DNA of 64,000 nucleotides from Clostridiales bacterium (GCA_012841525.1 DUUO01000005.1:64104-128103), one strand, 5' to 3'; counted from the stretch's first letter, positions 20,067 to 30,966 are shown. Translations and numbers: made by a program. Notes: a model not told the origin generated them from the sequence alone.

Positions 20067-23000
20067 ATGAAAAATTATTGGAAAGATTTTTCTGTATATA
20101 ATATAAACTCAATAGATAGATATGCTTCAGGCTTTCCTTTGGATCAAAAAGGAAATTATAAAATACAATCATTAAATGGAAAATGGAAATTTAAATTTTG
20201 CAAAAATATTACTGAAGTGCCAGATAAATTTTACTTACCGCAAGCAAATATATCAGATTTTGATGAAATAGATGTACCATCAAATTGGCAATTTAAAGGA
20301 TATGACATTCCAATTTATTCAAATATCGCTTATCCTTATGCAATAGCAAGTAAAAATTTATTTGCTGTTCCTCATATTTATGCAAGAAAAAACCCAATTG
20401 GCTGTTATGTTAAAGAGTTTGAAGTTAATGAAACTAGCGATAATATTTTTATAAATTTTGCTGGTGTTAACAGCAGTGCTGAGGTGTATGTTAACGGCAA
20501 TTTTGTTGGTTTTTCTGAAAGTACTTTTGATGAACAAGAATACAATATAACTAAATTTGTGAAACCAGGAAAAAATACACTTGCTGTGATGGTTGCTAGA
20601 TGGTGTACTGGTTCATATCTTGAAGATCAAGATATGTGGCGTCTTGCTGGTATTTTTAGAGATGTTACTTTAATATATAAGCCTACAACTGAAATTGCTG
20701 ATATGTATTTTTATAGTGATTTTAATGTTGATTTTACCTCTGCTACTTTAAATGGAAAAATTAACATTCAAAGCAATGACAACATTAATAGCAATTTATC
20801 AATTGTTCTTTTATTAAAATTTGATAATAAAGTTGTTTTTTCAAAAGATTATGCTTTAGAAAAGAATGGCAACTCAAGCATAGAATTTAATTTATCAGAA
20901 GATTTTAATGATTTTAAATTGTGGTCTCACGAATACCCAAATTTATATGAAATCCAAGTAGATTTATATGATGGAGAAACTTTTTTAGATTCACGTAAAA
21001 CAAACTTTGGTTTTAGAAAAATTGAAATTATTCCTATGAGTGAAGATGGCCGTGGACCGTTTATTTTGTTAAACGGAAAACCTGTTAAATTTTGTGGTGT
21101 AAATAGACATGATTTTCATCCAGAATATGGTCATGCTGTTCCTAAAGATTTAATTGAAAAAGATATTATTCTTTGTAAGAAAAACAATATAACCGCAATA
21201 AGAACAGCACATTATCCAAACGCAAAAGTCTTTTATGATTTATGTGATAAATATGGAGTTTTAGTAATGTCTGAAAACAATCTTGAAACACATGGAATAT
21301 CATATTTAATACCAAGAAGCAATAAAAAATGGAGTGAACAATGTTGTTATAGAGTCAGAAATATGGTAAACACATTTAAAAATCATCCATGTATAGTTAG
21401 TTGGTCTTTAGGTAATGAAGCAGGCTACGGTGAATCTTTTGCTGATATGAAAAAAGAAATATTAAAAATAGATAAAACTAGGTTTGTTCATTATGAAGCA
21501 GACTCACATTTGAAATCAAGTGACGTTTTTTCAAAAATGTATTCTAAATTAGAAAGCATGGAAACAATTGGTAAAAATAAACCAATAAGACATGGAACTG
21601 ATATTTGGCGTTTAATAGGTGTTAAACTTAAACCAGAAGAATATAAAGATAAACCTTTTATACAATGCGAATACGCACATTGTATGGGAAACAGTCTTGG
21701 TAATTTTGCCGATTATTGGACAGAATTTAAAAAATATGATAGGTTAGCGGGAGGCTTTATTTGGGATTTTGCCGATCAAACAATTAAATATACTCATAAA
21801 GATGGCGTAACAGAATGGCGATATGGTGGAGATTTCGGCGACAAACCAAATTCTGGAGTTTTTGTTTTTAACGGAATAGTAAGAGGAGACAGAAGTCCAA
21901 ATCCTGCTTTATACGAAGTTAGAAAACAATATCAACAGGTAGACATTGGATTAGAAAAAAATAAAATAATTTTCAAAAATAGATACTTATTTACTAACTT
22001 AGAAGAATTTAATTGTAAATTAGAAATTTATATCGATGGAGAATTGTTCCAAGAAGATGTCATAGATATGCCTAGCATAGCACCTGGTGAAGAAGGCGAA
22101 TTAAAGTTTAATTTTAATCACAAAAATATTAATTTCCAATATGATGAAGTTAGTGTTGTAATTTCGCTTTTAACAAAAAAAGCTAATCTTTACTCACCTG
22201 AAAATCATTGCGTAGCATATGAGCAAATTATTGTTAAAAAATCCGATTTTTCAGTTGATGATATTAAATCTAACTGCACATATATGCAAACAGACTTAGA
22301 AATTATCATTAAATTTGGTCCTTGTACTGCAATTATTGATAAAAAGACAGGAAGCATAATAAGCATTGATAAAAATGGTTATGAACGACTTAAAGAGCCT
22401 TTTAGATTAAACTTTCATAGAGCAACCATTGATAATGATAGCTTGCCACAAGTTAATTTAAAAATTGTACAGTTTGTTATTGGTGTAAATAGATTCAAAA
22501 GAGCAATGAAGCGCTTACGTGTAAAAAAATTGAATATATTTAGTACTGAGGGCGTTATTAAAGTTTCTATTAATTGGAGAATGCCATATATGAAAGATTT
22601 AAAAACGGTATATTCATTTAATGGTGATGGCTCATTTGATGTTGAAATGCGAGTTGTTCCACTTGTAAATTTAGTAAGATACGGCTTTACTCTTGCTTTA
22701 AGAGAAGATGTAGAAAAAGTTAGTTTTTATGGAAAAGGCCCATTTGAAAATTATTGTGATAGAAATACAGGTGCTTTAATTAAAAAATACAGTGGCAAAG
22801 TTGATGATTTTATGCATGACTACTTACATCCACAAGAAAATGGAAATCATACCGAAGTTAGATGGTTACAATTAGGCAATGAAGTAAATGGTATGAAGTT
22901 CACTGCTATATCCAAGCCATTTGAAATGAGCGTGCATCCATATTCACTTGAAATGTTGGATAGTGCAAACCATTTACATGAGCTAGAAAACTTAGATTAT

Positions 23001-23132
23001 TTAACTGTTAATATAGATGGTAAACAACGGGGCGTTGGCGGCGATGTTCCTGCAATAGCATATACTAAACCTCCATATAAAATTTTAAGAAATCAGCTTC
23101 ATTCTTTGAATTTTAGAGTAAAAATACAATAA
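20067..23132 (+). CDS. lacZ: Beta-galactosidase, GH2 (LacZ-like)
   Basis: WSLGNEAGYG (acid/base region), IQCEYAHCMGNS (nucleophile region), C-terminal small-chain domain. ATG 20067 follows GGAGG. The track start at 20043 is less likely. Confidence 0.9.
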   Translation: MKNYWKDFSVYNINSIDRYASGFPLDQKGNYKIQSLNGKWKFKFCKNITEVPDKFYLPQANISDFDEIDVPSNWQFKGYDIPIYSNIAYPYAIASKNLFAVPHIYARKNPIGCYVKEFEVNETSDNIFINFAGVNSSAEVYVNGNFVGFSESTFDEQEYNITKFVKPGKNTLAVMVARWCTGSYLEDQDMWRLAGIFRDVTLIYKPTTEIADMYFYSDFNVDFTSATLNGKINIQSNDNINSNLSIVLLLKFDNKVVFSKDYALEKNGNSSIEFNLSEDFNDFKLWSHEYPNLYEIQVDLYDGETFLDSRKTNFGFRKIEIIPMSEDGRGPFILLNGKPVKFCGVNRHDFHPEYGHAVPKDLIEKDIILCKKNNITAIRTAHYPNAKVFYDLCDKYGVLVMSENNLETHGISYLIPRSNKKWSEQCCYRVRNMVNTFKNHPCIVSWSLGNEAGYGESFADMKKEILKIDKTRFVHYEADSHLKSSDVFSKMYSKLESMETIGKNKPIRHGTDIWRLIGVKLKPEEYKDKPFIQCEYAHCMGNSLGNFADYWTEFKKYDRLAGGFIWDFADQTIKYTHKDGVTEWRYGGDFGDKPNSGVFVFNGIVRGDRSPNPALYEVRKQYQQVDIGLEKNKIIFKNRYLFTNLEEFNCKLEIYIDGELFQEDVIDMPSIAPGEEGELKFNFNHKNINFQYDEVSVVISLLTKKANLYSPENHCVAYEQIIVKKSDFSVDDIKSNCTYMQTDLEIIIKFGPCTAIIDKKTGSIISIDKNGYERLKEPFRLNFHRATIDNDSLPQVNLKIVQFVIGVNRFKRAMKRLRVKKLNIFSTEGVIKVSINWRMPYMKDLKTVYSFNGDGSFDVEMRVVPLVNLVRYGFTLALREDVEKVSFYGKGPFENYCDRNTGALIKKYSGKVDDFMHDYLHPQENGNHTEVRWLQLGNEVNGMKFTAISKPFEMSVHPYSLEMLDSANHLHELENLDYLTVNIDGKQRGVGGDVPAIAYTKPPYKILRNQLHSLNFRVKIQ

Positions 23133-24247
23133 TGAGAGGGTTAGTATTAGAGGGTGGTGGCGTCAAAGGTGCGTTTCATGCAGGAGTATTAAAAGCATTT
23201 TTTGAAAATTACCCAAATTATGCTTTTGATGGTGTGGCAGGGACATCTATTGGTGCTTTAAATGGTGCTTTAATCATTCAAGATGACTTCGATGTTTGCT
23301 ATGATTTATGGAAAAATGCATCTCCATCAATGGTAGTTGATATTGATGATACCGAAATTGAAAAAATAATTAGTGGTCGATATTCATTATCTACAATTGC
23401 TTATTTTTTAAAAAAATTTTCAAAAGTTATTGGCAACAAAGGTTTATCTATTGATAAATTAGAAGAATTAGTAGATAAGTATATTGATGAAGAAAAATTA
23501 AGATCATCAAATAAAGTTTTCGGTATTGTAACGGTCAATATTTCTGATAATTGGGAAGCATTAGAACTTTTTATTGAAGACATACCAAATGGTGAGCTTG
23601 GGGCATACATCATGGCTAGTGCTTATTTTCCTGCTTTTAATAGACCTAACATTAATGGGAAAAACTTTATGGATGGTGGATTGTATAACAATTTACCCAT
23701 TAATCTTTTAGTTAGAAAGGGATTTACAGACTTACTAGTAATAAGAACCATGTCTAAAATGCCAAGGCATAAAAATGTTGATGGTAGCATAAAAATTGAT
23801 TACATTGAACCATCAGAAGATTTAGGAAAATCTTTTGATTTTAGAAAGAAAAATGTCGATTTTTTGTTAAAACTAGGTTATTTTGATGGTCTGAGATATA
23901 TACATAATTATCTTGGTAAAAAATTTTATATAAACAATAAAAATACAAATTTTTCTAATAAATTACTTAAAAAATTTAAAAAATTTTATGAAGATAATAT
24001 AGATATTGATACAAATAATACTTACGCTGAATTTATGGTTAATATAAAACAAGACAATCAACTTTCTGTTTTAGATGATGACTTTTATGCTATTTTAATG
24101 TTGTTAGAACAAGTTGCTTCAAAATACAATATTGATAAATTTAATATTTATACAGTTGAAAAACTTGTAAAGAACGTATCAACAAAAATAGTAGAAAATG
24201 AAGAGTTAAATATATTTGAAAAATTTTTAATTGAAGAATATAAATAA
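23132..24247 (+). CDS. Patatin-like phospholipase/lipid acyl hydrolase with an unassigned C-terminal half
   Basis: GGGVKG oxyanion motif, GTSIG nucleophile elbow, DGG catalytic Asp motif in the first ~200 aa. Start overlaps the lacZ stop (TAATG). Confidence 0.85.
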   Translation: MRGLVLEGGGVKGAFHAGVLKAFFENYPNYAFDGVAGTSIGALNGALIIQDDFDVCYDLWKNASPSMVVDIDDTEIEKIISGRYSLSTIAYFLKKFSKVIGNKGLSIDKLEELVDKYIDEEKLRSSNKVFGIVTVNISDNWEALELFIEDIPNGELGAYIMASAYFPAFNRPNINGKNFMDGGLYNNLPINLLVRKGFTDLLVIRTMSKMPRHKNVDGSIKIDYIEPSEDLGKSFDFRKKNVDFLLKLGYFDGLRYIHNYLGKKFYINNKNTNFSNKLLKKFKKFYEDNIDIDTNNTYAEFMVNIKQDNQLSVLDDDFYAILMLLEQVASKYNIDKFNIYTVEKLVKNVSTKIVENEELNIFEKFLIEEYK

Positions 24248-24256
24248 AGGGTAAAA

Positions 24257-25537
24257 ATGGACAACGATGATAAAAATATAGAACCAATTGGTGAAGAACC
24301 AATTAGTGAAGAAAAAAATAAAACAAAAAAACTACATAAACAAAATTTAGTAGTTGAAGACATGTTAGAACAAAGCAAAACAAATGAAAGTGATGCCAAT
24401 AATAATAAAAATTCTAACAGCAAAAATAAATTTTTTTCTATTGTCAAAAAGCTTTCTAACAGATGGTTTATAAAAGCCTTTTCTGGCATGGCTCAAGGTT
24501 TGTTTGTCACTTTAATTGCTGGAACAATTATTAAGCAGATAGGTAAATTGTTTTTATTAATTCAAACACCTGGTGGACAAAGTTTTGGCAATGCTTTGAT
24601 TTTTATTGGCAACTTAGCAACAATTCTAATGGGTGCTGGCATAGGTGCTGGCATATCTAAAAGTCTTGGCGGAAAAAACTTAACAGTGTTTTCAGGCTTA
24701 GTCGCTGGTTTAATTGGTGCATATGCAATGAAACTAATTTATGGTATGCCTTGGCAGACATTGACTGAAACACTTTTTGTTAACGCTATCCCAGGAGATC
24801 CAATAGGCGCATATGTTTGTGCTTTAATTGCTTCTGAAGTTGGAATTTTAATTGAAGGAAAGACAAAAATAGATATTATTTTAGTCCCACTTGCTGTTAT
24901 ATTTATCGCTGCCTTGTCTACTTATATTGCATGGCCAGCAATAAAATTAATTGAATATATTGCACTTGGAATTGAAAAAGCAACAGCTGTAACACCTTTT
25001 TTAATGGGAATAATCATATCAGTTGTCATGGGAATATTATTAACTATGCCAACATCTTCCGCTGCAATTTGGATATCAATAGCAACAAACAATACATCTG
25101 ATACTATGCTGATTGCTGGAGGTGCAGCAGTTGTTGGATGTGCATCTCATATGATAGGATTTGCCGTAGCAAGTTTTAGAGAAAATGGCGTTGGTGGATT
25201 AATTGCACAAGGAATTGGCACAAGTATGCTTCAAATTCCAAATATTATGAAAAACCCTAAAACCATGATACCTGCAATAGTTTCTAGTATTATAGTAGGG
25301 CCACTTTCTACAACAGTTTTTAAGTTAAGATGTGGTGCTGCTGGCGGTGGCATGGGAACGTCTGGATTTGTTGGAGTGATAAGTACAATTGAAAACTCTG
25401 TTGGGGTAATTCCTGCTTGGAAAATAGGAGTTGGAATAACTTTATTGATGTTTGTTATTCCAGCAGTAGTATCATTTTTTGTTTCTGAATTGTTAAGAAA
25501 ATACAATTGGATAAAAATTAATGATATGAAAATATAA
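24257..25537 (+). CDS. Polytopic membrane transporter, PTS EIIC_2-like family, with a ~75-aa Asn/Glu/Lys-rich N-terminal extension
   Basis: GMAQGLFVTLIAGTIIKQIG start of the core and about 10 hydrophobic segments resemble the PTS_EIIC_2-type proteins I remember. The family call is tentative. Confidence 0.55.
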   Translation: MDNDDKNIEPIGEEPISEEKNKTKKLHKQNLVVEDMLEQSKTNESDANNNKNSNSKNKFFSIVKKLSNRWFIKAFSGMAQGLFVTLIAGTIIKQIGKLFLLIQTPGGQSFGNALIFIGNLATILMGAGIGAGISKSLGGKNLTVFSGLVAGLIGAYAMKLIYGMPWQTLTETLFVNAIPGDPIGAYVCALIASEVGILIEGKTKIDIILVPLAVIFIAALSTYIAWPAIKLIEYIALGIEKATAVTPFLMGIIISVVMGILLTMPTSSAAIWISIATNNTSDTMLIAGGAAVVGCASHMIGFAVASFRENGVGGLIAQGIGTSMLQIPNIMKNPKTMIPAIVSSIIVGPLSTTVFKLRCGAAGGGMGTSGFVGVISTIENSVGVIPAWKIGVGITLLMFVIPAVVSFFVSELLRKYNWIKINDMKI

Positions 25538-25555
25538 TCTAAAAAGGGGGTTTTA

Positions 25556-28093
25556 ATGAATAAAATATTGTTATTAGACTGTCATAGTTTAATTAATAGG
25601 GCATTTTATGCAATACGTGAAATGAGAACTATTGATGGCTTCCCAACGAATGCTATTTATGGGTTTTTCAGAATGCTTTCTAATATTATAGAAACACAAA
25701 AACCAACTCATATTGGTGCAGTTTTTGATATGAAAGGGCCAACATTTAGAAATGATATCTATTCTGAATATAAATCAAATAGAAAACCAACACCAGAAGA
25801 GCTTATACAACAAGTTGAAGAAATTAAATCAATTTTAGAATCATTAAACATAAAAGTAATTGGGAAAAGTGGATATGAAGCTGATGATGTTATAGGAACA
25901 ATTGCAAAATTTTCTTCAGATGAAGTTATTATTGTAAGTGGAGATAGAGATTTATATCAATTGGTTGATTCTAAAACTAATGTCTTATTCACAAAAAAAG
26001 GTGTTAGCGATCTAGAAAACATCAATGAACAATTTTTGTTTGATAAAGGTTTAACTGCACAAAAAGTAATAGAGTATAAGGCTCTAGCAGGAGATTCTGC
26101 CGATAATATTCCAGGAGCAAAAGGTATAGGCAAAAAAACTGCTGAAAAATTATTAGCAGAATTTGATACCGTAGAAGAAATTTACTCTAACTTAAATGGA
26201 GCCAATGTTTCTGAAAACATAAAGGAAAAACTTATTGAATCGAAAGATATTGTTTTAATTTCTAAGAAACTAGCAACTATTGATATCAATGTGCCAATTG
26301 AAATTAATTTAGATGATTTTGTTTTTCATAAATCTATTACAGATGAATTTATCGAAAAAATGACAAATTTAGAAATTATATCATTAATAGAGCGATATAA
26401 AGAAATTTTAGACACATCAAAATTGAGCATACCTATAAGCCATGATATAGAAATTAATGATATAGATGAATTGATTAATCTTCTTTCAACAGTTAGTTGG
26501 GAAATTAGTTTTTATTTAACTGATGACATACATTTTAGCATAGACGATAAAGCATATCATGTTAAAACTCAACAGACATTATTAGATGATGGCATCAATT
26601 TTGATAATGCAATAAAAGCATTTAAAAAAGTATTTGAAGATGTTGAAATTAAAAAAATCTTATTTGATGCAAAAGATTTAATGCACAAATTAGAGACTTA
26701 TAACATATCAATCAATGGTAATTTTGATGACACATTATTGAAGCAATATTTAATAAACAGCAATAGAATACCAAAAGATATAGAATCTCTTTTTGCAATT
26801 TATAAAGTTAATAATGGAACAGGTTTAGACTTAAAAAACATAAATATTGAACAAGATGCAATTTTAAAAGATAAGGGCTTATGGAACCTATATACTAATT
26901 TTGAGTTACCTTTAATTAATATTTTATTTGAAATGGAAAACACTGGATTTAGGGTCGATTTGGATGCATTAAATGCGTTAGGTTTAGAATATTTAAGTGT
27001 TTTAAATGATTTATCTGATCAAATTTATGAAATTGCAGGAAAAACCTTTAATATAAATTCAAATCAACAACTAGGTGAAGTGCTATTCGAAGATTTAAAT
27101 CTTCAACATGGCAAAAAGACTAAAACAGGTTATTCTGTTTCTGCTGAAACTTTAGAGTCTTTAGATCATCCAATAATTCCAATAATTTTAAAATACAGAA
27201 AATACATGAAACTCAATTCAACCTACATACAAGGAATGCGTTCTCAAGTAAATCAAAATACTATGAGAATACATACTATATTTAATCAATGTGTAACTGT
27301 TACAGGAAGACTTTCATCAACTGAGCCAAATATGCAAAATATCCCTATTAAGACAGAAGAGGGAAGAGAAATTAGAAAGGTGTTAATTCCAAAAGATGAT
27401 TGCGTTTTAATTTCTGCTGACTATTCACAAATTGAGTTAAGACTTTTGGCACATTTTTCGCAAGATGAAAATATGATTAAATTGTTTGAAGAAAACATTG
27501 ATATTCACGCAGGAACTGCTTCAAAAATATATAAAATTCCATTAAACGCTATTACAGATAATATGAGAAGAAATGCTAAAGCGGTTAATTTTGGAATAAT
27601 TTATGGAATTAGTAATTTTGGTTTAGCAAAAACTATTGGAATACCACAATATCAAGCAAAAGCGTTTATAGAAACCTATTTTGACACATTTAAAAGAATT
27701 AAACCATATATGGATTCAAATGTTAAATTTGCAAAAGATAATGGTTATATCCGTTCTTTGTCAGGAAGAATCAGATATTTTGATGAATTTAAATCTACAA
27801 ATAAAAATTTGCATAATTTTGCTTCAAGAGCAGCGATGAATATGCCATTACAAGGTTCTGCTGCTGATATAATTAAACTTGCTATGATAAAAGTAAATAA
27901 TGAATTAAAAAATAACAGTTGTAAAGCCAAGCTTATCTTACAAGTGCACGATGAACTGATATTGGAATGTCCAAATGAAGAAATTGAGTTTGTTTCCTCA
28001 TTATTAAAAACAAATATGGAAAATGTAATAAAGCTAAAAGTTCCTCTAATAGTAGATGTTAAAATAGGAAAAAATTGGTTTGAATTAATGTAA
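25556..28093 (+). CDS. polA: DNA polymerase I
   Basis: 5'-nuclease domain (SGDRDLYQL, AGDSADNIPG), polymerase motifs A (LISADYSQIELRLLAH), B (RRNAKAVNFGIIYG) and C (QVHDELI). The central 3'-5' exonuclease-like region lacks the DxE/NxxYD motifs, as in many Firmicute Pol I enzymes. Confidence 0.95.
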   Translation: MNKILLLDCHSLINRAFYAIREMRTIDGFPTNAIYGFFRMLSNIIETQKPTHIGAVFDMKGPTFRNDIYSEYKSNRKPTPEELIQQVEEIKSILESLNIKVIGKSGYEADDVIGTIAKFSSDEVIIVSGDRDLYQLVDSKTNVLFTKKGVSDLENINEQFLFDKGLTAQKVIEYKALAGDSADNIPGAKGIGKKTAEKLLAEFDTVEEIYSNLNGANVSENIKEKLIESKDIVLISKKLATIDINVPIEINLDDFVFHKSITDEFIEKMTNLEIISLIERYKEILDTSKLSIPISHDIEINDIDELINLLSTVSWEISFYLTDDIHFSIDDKAYHVKTQQTLLDDGINFDNAIKAFKKVFEDVEIKKILFDAKDLMHKLETYNISINGNFDDTLLKQYLINSNRIPKDIESLFAIYKVNNGTGLDLKNINIEQDAILKDKGLWNLYTNFELPLINILFEMENTGFRVDLDALNALGLEYLSVLNDLSDQIYEIAGKTFNINSNQQLGEVLFEDLNLQHGKKTKTGYSVSAETLESLDHPIIPIILKYRKYMKLNSTYIQGMRSQVNQNTMRIHTIFNQCVTVTGRLSSTEPNMQNIPIKTEEGREIRKVLIPKDDCVLISADYSQIELRLLAHFSQDENMIKLFEENIDIHAGTASKIYKIPLNAITDNMRRNAKAVNFGIIYGISNFGLAKTIGIPQYQAKAFIETYFDTFKRIKPYMDSNVKFAKDNGYIRSLSGRIRYFDEFKSTNKNLHNFASRAAMNMPLQGSAADIIKLAMIKVNNELKNNSCKAKLILQVHDELILECPNEEIEFVSSLLKTNMENVIKLKVPLIVDVKIGKNWFELM

Positions 28094-28165
28094 AATTAAA
28101 TTGAGTATTATATATAATATTAAAAGTTATAAGGGCAATATTAGAATTAAGGGAGAAGTTATTAT

Positions 28166-28747
28166 ATGTTGATTGCAATAACAGGAGGAATTGGGGTTGG
28201 AAAATCTACAATTATAGACGAGCTAAAAAAGCTTGGTGCAAACACTATTAAAACTGACGAAATAAATAAAGAATTATTGTTGCAGCCTCATTATATTGAA
28301 AAAATAAATGCCGAATTTCCAGGCGTAGTAGAAAAAGGGCAAATAAATAAAAAAAAGTTAAAAAAACTTATTTTCAATGACGAATCCATGAGATTAAAAT
28401 TGAACAGTATTGCTCATCCTTTAATTCTTGAAAAAATTATTGATGAAAATAAAAAGCATGATTTATTGTTTGTAGAAATTCCTTTGTTGTATGAAAGCAA
28501 TTCCAAAGATATATTTGATCAAGTTTGGTTTGTTAAGTCAAAATATGAAAATCGTTTGGATAGAATTATGAAAAGGGATAATATTAGTTCCAGTCTTGCA
28601 AGTAAAATTATTCTTTCTCAAGAAAAAGAAAGCAATTACGAAAATATTGCAGATTATGTGTTTGATAACGATAAAGATATTACCTATATTCAATCCTCTA
28701 TCAAACAGTTATGGGAGCAATTATCATCAAAAAATAATCAAACTTAA
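28166..28747 (+). CDS. coaE: Dephospho-CoA kinase
   Basis: P-loop ITGGIGVGKST, about 193 aa. Conserved position downstream of polA. Confidence 0.85.
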   Translation: MLIAITGGIGVGKSTIIDELKKLGANTIKTDEINKELLLQPHYIEKINAEFPGVVEKGQINKKKLKKLIFNDESMRLKLNSIAHPLILEKIIDENKKHDLLFVEIPLLYESNSKDIFDQVWFVKSKYENRLDRIMKRDNISSSLASKIILSQEKESNYENIADYVFDNDKDITYIQSSIKQLWEQLSSKNNQT

Positions 28748-28750
28748 TAA

Positions 28751-30004
28751 ATGAAAACTATTTTACATTGCGATATAAACAATTTTTATGCTTCAGTTGA
28801 AGAAAAATTAAATCCATTTCTTGAAAACAAACCTGTTATTGTTTGTGGAAATCCTGAAAACAGAAGTGGTATTGTTCTTGCTAAATCAAAAAAAGCGAAA
28901 GAATGTGGCGTTAAAACTGCTGAAACAATTCAAACTGCAATGAAAAAATGTCCTAATGCTATTTTAGTTAGCCCATCACACTCAACGTATGATTTTTATT
29001 CAGAAAAGTTTTTTTATATATGTTTTCAATTTAGCCCTTTAGTTGAAAGTTTTGGAATAGATGAGTGTTGGATTGATATTACTCACTTAGTGAACAAGAA
29101 AAGAACTGCTTATATGATTGCAAAAGAGCTTTCTTCGGAAATTAAAAAAGAACTTGGTTTAAATGTATCAATTGGCATTTCTTTTAATAAAGTTTTTGCC
29201 AAGCTGGGCTCCGATTATAAAAAACCAAATGGTATTACAGAAATAACAAAAGATAATTTCAAATCATTAATTTATCCATTACCAATTGAAAATTTATTAA
29301 ATATAGGAAGATCGTTAAAAAAAGCATTGCATAAATATAATATTTTCACGATAGGAGATTTAGCAAACACTAGTGAGAAAACAATAGTTGAATTATTTGG
29401 AAAAAACGGACTGCAAGTGTATTTAAATGCCAAAGGTCTGGGTGATGATAAAGTTATAAATACTTCTAATAGCGAAACTTATATTCAAAAAAGTTTAGGC
29501 AACGGTACCACTTTATCAGCAGATATTTTTACTTATAGTGAGGCTTCAAAAGTTATTTTAAACTTATCTCAATACATTGCTTTTAGATTAAAATCAAAAA
29601 ATTATTTTGCAAAAGGATTAAGGCTAACTATAAAGTTTTCAAATTTGAAAATTGCTTCAAAACAAATGCTAGTAGAATATAGTTTTAATTCTGCAGATAT
29701 AATACATGATTTAGCACTGGAGATTTTGTCTCAATTGTATGATTTTGAAACAATGACAATTGGTATAAAGGCAATTACTATTAACGTTTTTAATATTCAA
29801 AAAAAACTTGTTAATCAAACTTTGCTTATAGATAACTCCAAATCTTTGAATAATCTTTCAAATAAAGTTTTTAAAATTAAGAAAAAACATGGTTATGGTT
29901 CAATCATGCGTGGAAGTGATATAGACAATGATGTAAATTTAAAATCTAATCAAAGTAATATTAATGATGAAACTTCATTGCAAATTTTTAATGATGATAT
30001 TTAA
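28751..30004 (+). CDS. dinB: Y-family DNA polymerase IV (DinB-like)
   Basis: HCDINNFYASVEE, GIDECWIDIT (catalytic D-E), SIGISFNKVFAKLGSDYKKPNG. Confidence 0.85.
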   Translation: MKTILHCDINNFYASVEEKLNPFLENKPVIVCGNPENRSGIVLAKSKKAKECGVKTAETIQTAMKKCPNAILVSPSHSTYDFYSEKFFYICFQFSPLVESFGIDECWIDITHLVNKKRTAYMIAKELSSEIKKELGLNVSIGISFNKVFAKLGSDYKKPNGITEITKDNFKSLIYPLPIENLLNIGRSLKKALHKYNIFTIGDLANTSEKTIVELFGKNGLQVYLNAKGLGDDKVINTSNSETYIQKSLGNGTTLSADIFTYSEASKVILNLSQYIAFRLKSKNYFAKGLRLTIKFSNLKIASKQMLVEYSFNSADIIHDLALEILSQLYDFETMTIGIKAITINVFNIQKKLVNQTLLIDNSKSLNNLSNKVFKIKKKHGYGSIMRGSDIDNDVNLKSNQSNINDETSLQIFNDDI

Positions 30005-30040
30005 TTAAAGTTAAATTTTTCTAACAAATATTAAAATTAA

Positions 30041-30556
30041 TTAAAATTCAATTATTTGTTGTGGAAATTTTTTTACAAATAAAACAGCAATTAGCCCAAT
30101 TATTAAGCCAGAAACAATAGATAATAACATTAAATAGGGCATTAGAGCATAGACACTTATAGATGATAGCATAAAAGATCCAACTACTAATTGAATTAAA
30201 TTATGGATTACTGCACCAAATATACTAATAACGATTAAACTAAATTTTCTAAAACTAATTAATGTAGAATTGAACATTGTTGCAATTAAACTTGCAGGTA
30301 ATGAATACATTATCATTATGGGATTTCCTATCATTAAAGGAACTATTATAGACTTTAAAATTGAAATTGTTATTGCTTCTTTCCATGAATATGCAATTAT
30401 TACAAAAATTAAAATTAAATTAGAAAGCCCAATTTTTATAAAAGGTAAAAATGGAATAATTGGAGGTATTAAATTTTCTATAACTCCTATTATTAAAGCA
30501 AGAGCAAGAAAAATTGCTATTATGCTTAATTTTTTTATTTTTGTCGAATTCGTCAT
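30041..30556 (-). CDS. Gx transporter family membrane protein (Hpre_diP_synt_I-like)
   Basis: About 170 aa with 5 TM segments. N-terminal pattern LSIIAIFLALALIIGVIENLIPPIIPFLPFIKIGLSNL is typical of the family. Usual neighbours (NusG_II, ApbE) are present. Confidence 0.65.
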   Translation of the reverse strand: MTNSTKIKKLSIIAIFLALALIIGVIENLIPPIIPFLPFIKIGLSNLILIFVIIAYSWKEAITISILKSIIVPLMIGNPIMIMYSLPASLIATMFNSTLISFRKFSLIVISIFGAVIHNLIQLVVGSFMLSSISVYALMPYLMLLSIVSGLIIGLIAVLFVKKFPQQIIEF

Positions 30557-30562
30557 TGTTTA

Positions 30563-30964
30563 TTAACCTATATTACCCGTATAATAATTTGATTTGTCAT
30601 CTTCTTCAATAACAATTAAAATTTTTTTAGGAGCACAAACTATAATTTGATTTGACTTAGAAATTTCTCCTGTATTTACACAAATTTGATTAGGGCAATT
30701 ACTTTCAATGATTGAAATTTTTTCTTCTTCAATTTTAATAACAACATTATAATCATTAAGTTCTATTATTTGGTTTTTATTTAAATCATAAACACCTTGA
30801 ATTTCAGAGTTAATAACAACTTTTGCCTTTTTGCCTTCTTTTGATGTAAATATTAAAACAATTGAAATAACGATGACAATTATCAAAATAATTAAAAAAA
30901 TAATATCGATTTTTTTAATTAACTTCCTGTTTTTATAATAATTAAAAGTGTTTTTATCATTCAT
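30563..30964 (-). CDS. NusG domain II-containing membrane-anchored protein
   Basis: Single N-terminal TM helix followed by a small beta domain with CPNQICV...IVCAPKK, as in NusG_II/DUF1312-type proteins. Confidence 0.6.
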   Translation of the reverse strand: MNDKNTFNYYKNRKLIKKIDIIFLIILIIVIVISIVLIFTSKEGKKAKVVINSEIQGVYDLNKNQIIELNDYNVVIKIEEEKISIIESNCPNQICVNTGEISKSNQIIVCAPKKILIVIEEDDKSNYYTGNIG

Positions 30965-30966
30965 AA

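Noticed and set aside
23132-24247. The patatin-like protein as a CBASS or other anti-phage effector.
   Set aside because: No cyclase/nucleotidyltransferase, sensor or other defence gene is adjacent. It is translationally coupled to lacZ, so a metabolic role fits better.
25556-28093. Loss of 3'-5' exonuclease motifs in Pol I as an unusual feature.
   Set aside because: An inactive vestigial exonuclease domain is the norm for many Firmicute Pol I enzymes (for example the Bacillus/Geobacillus type), so this is not noteworthy.
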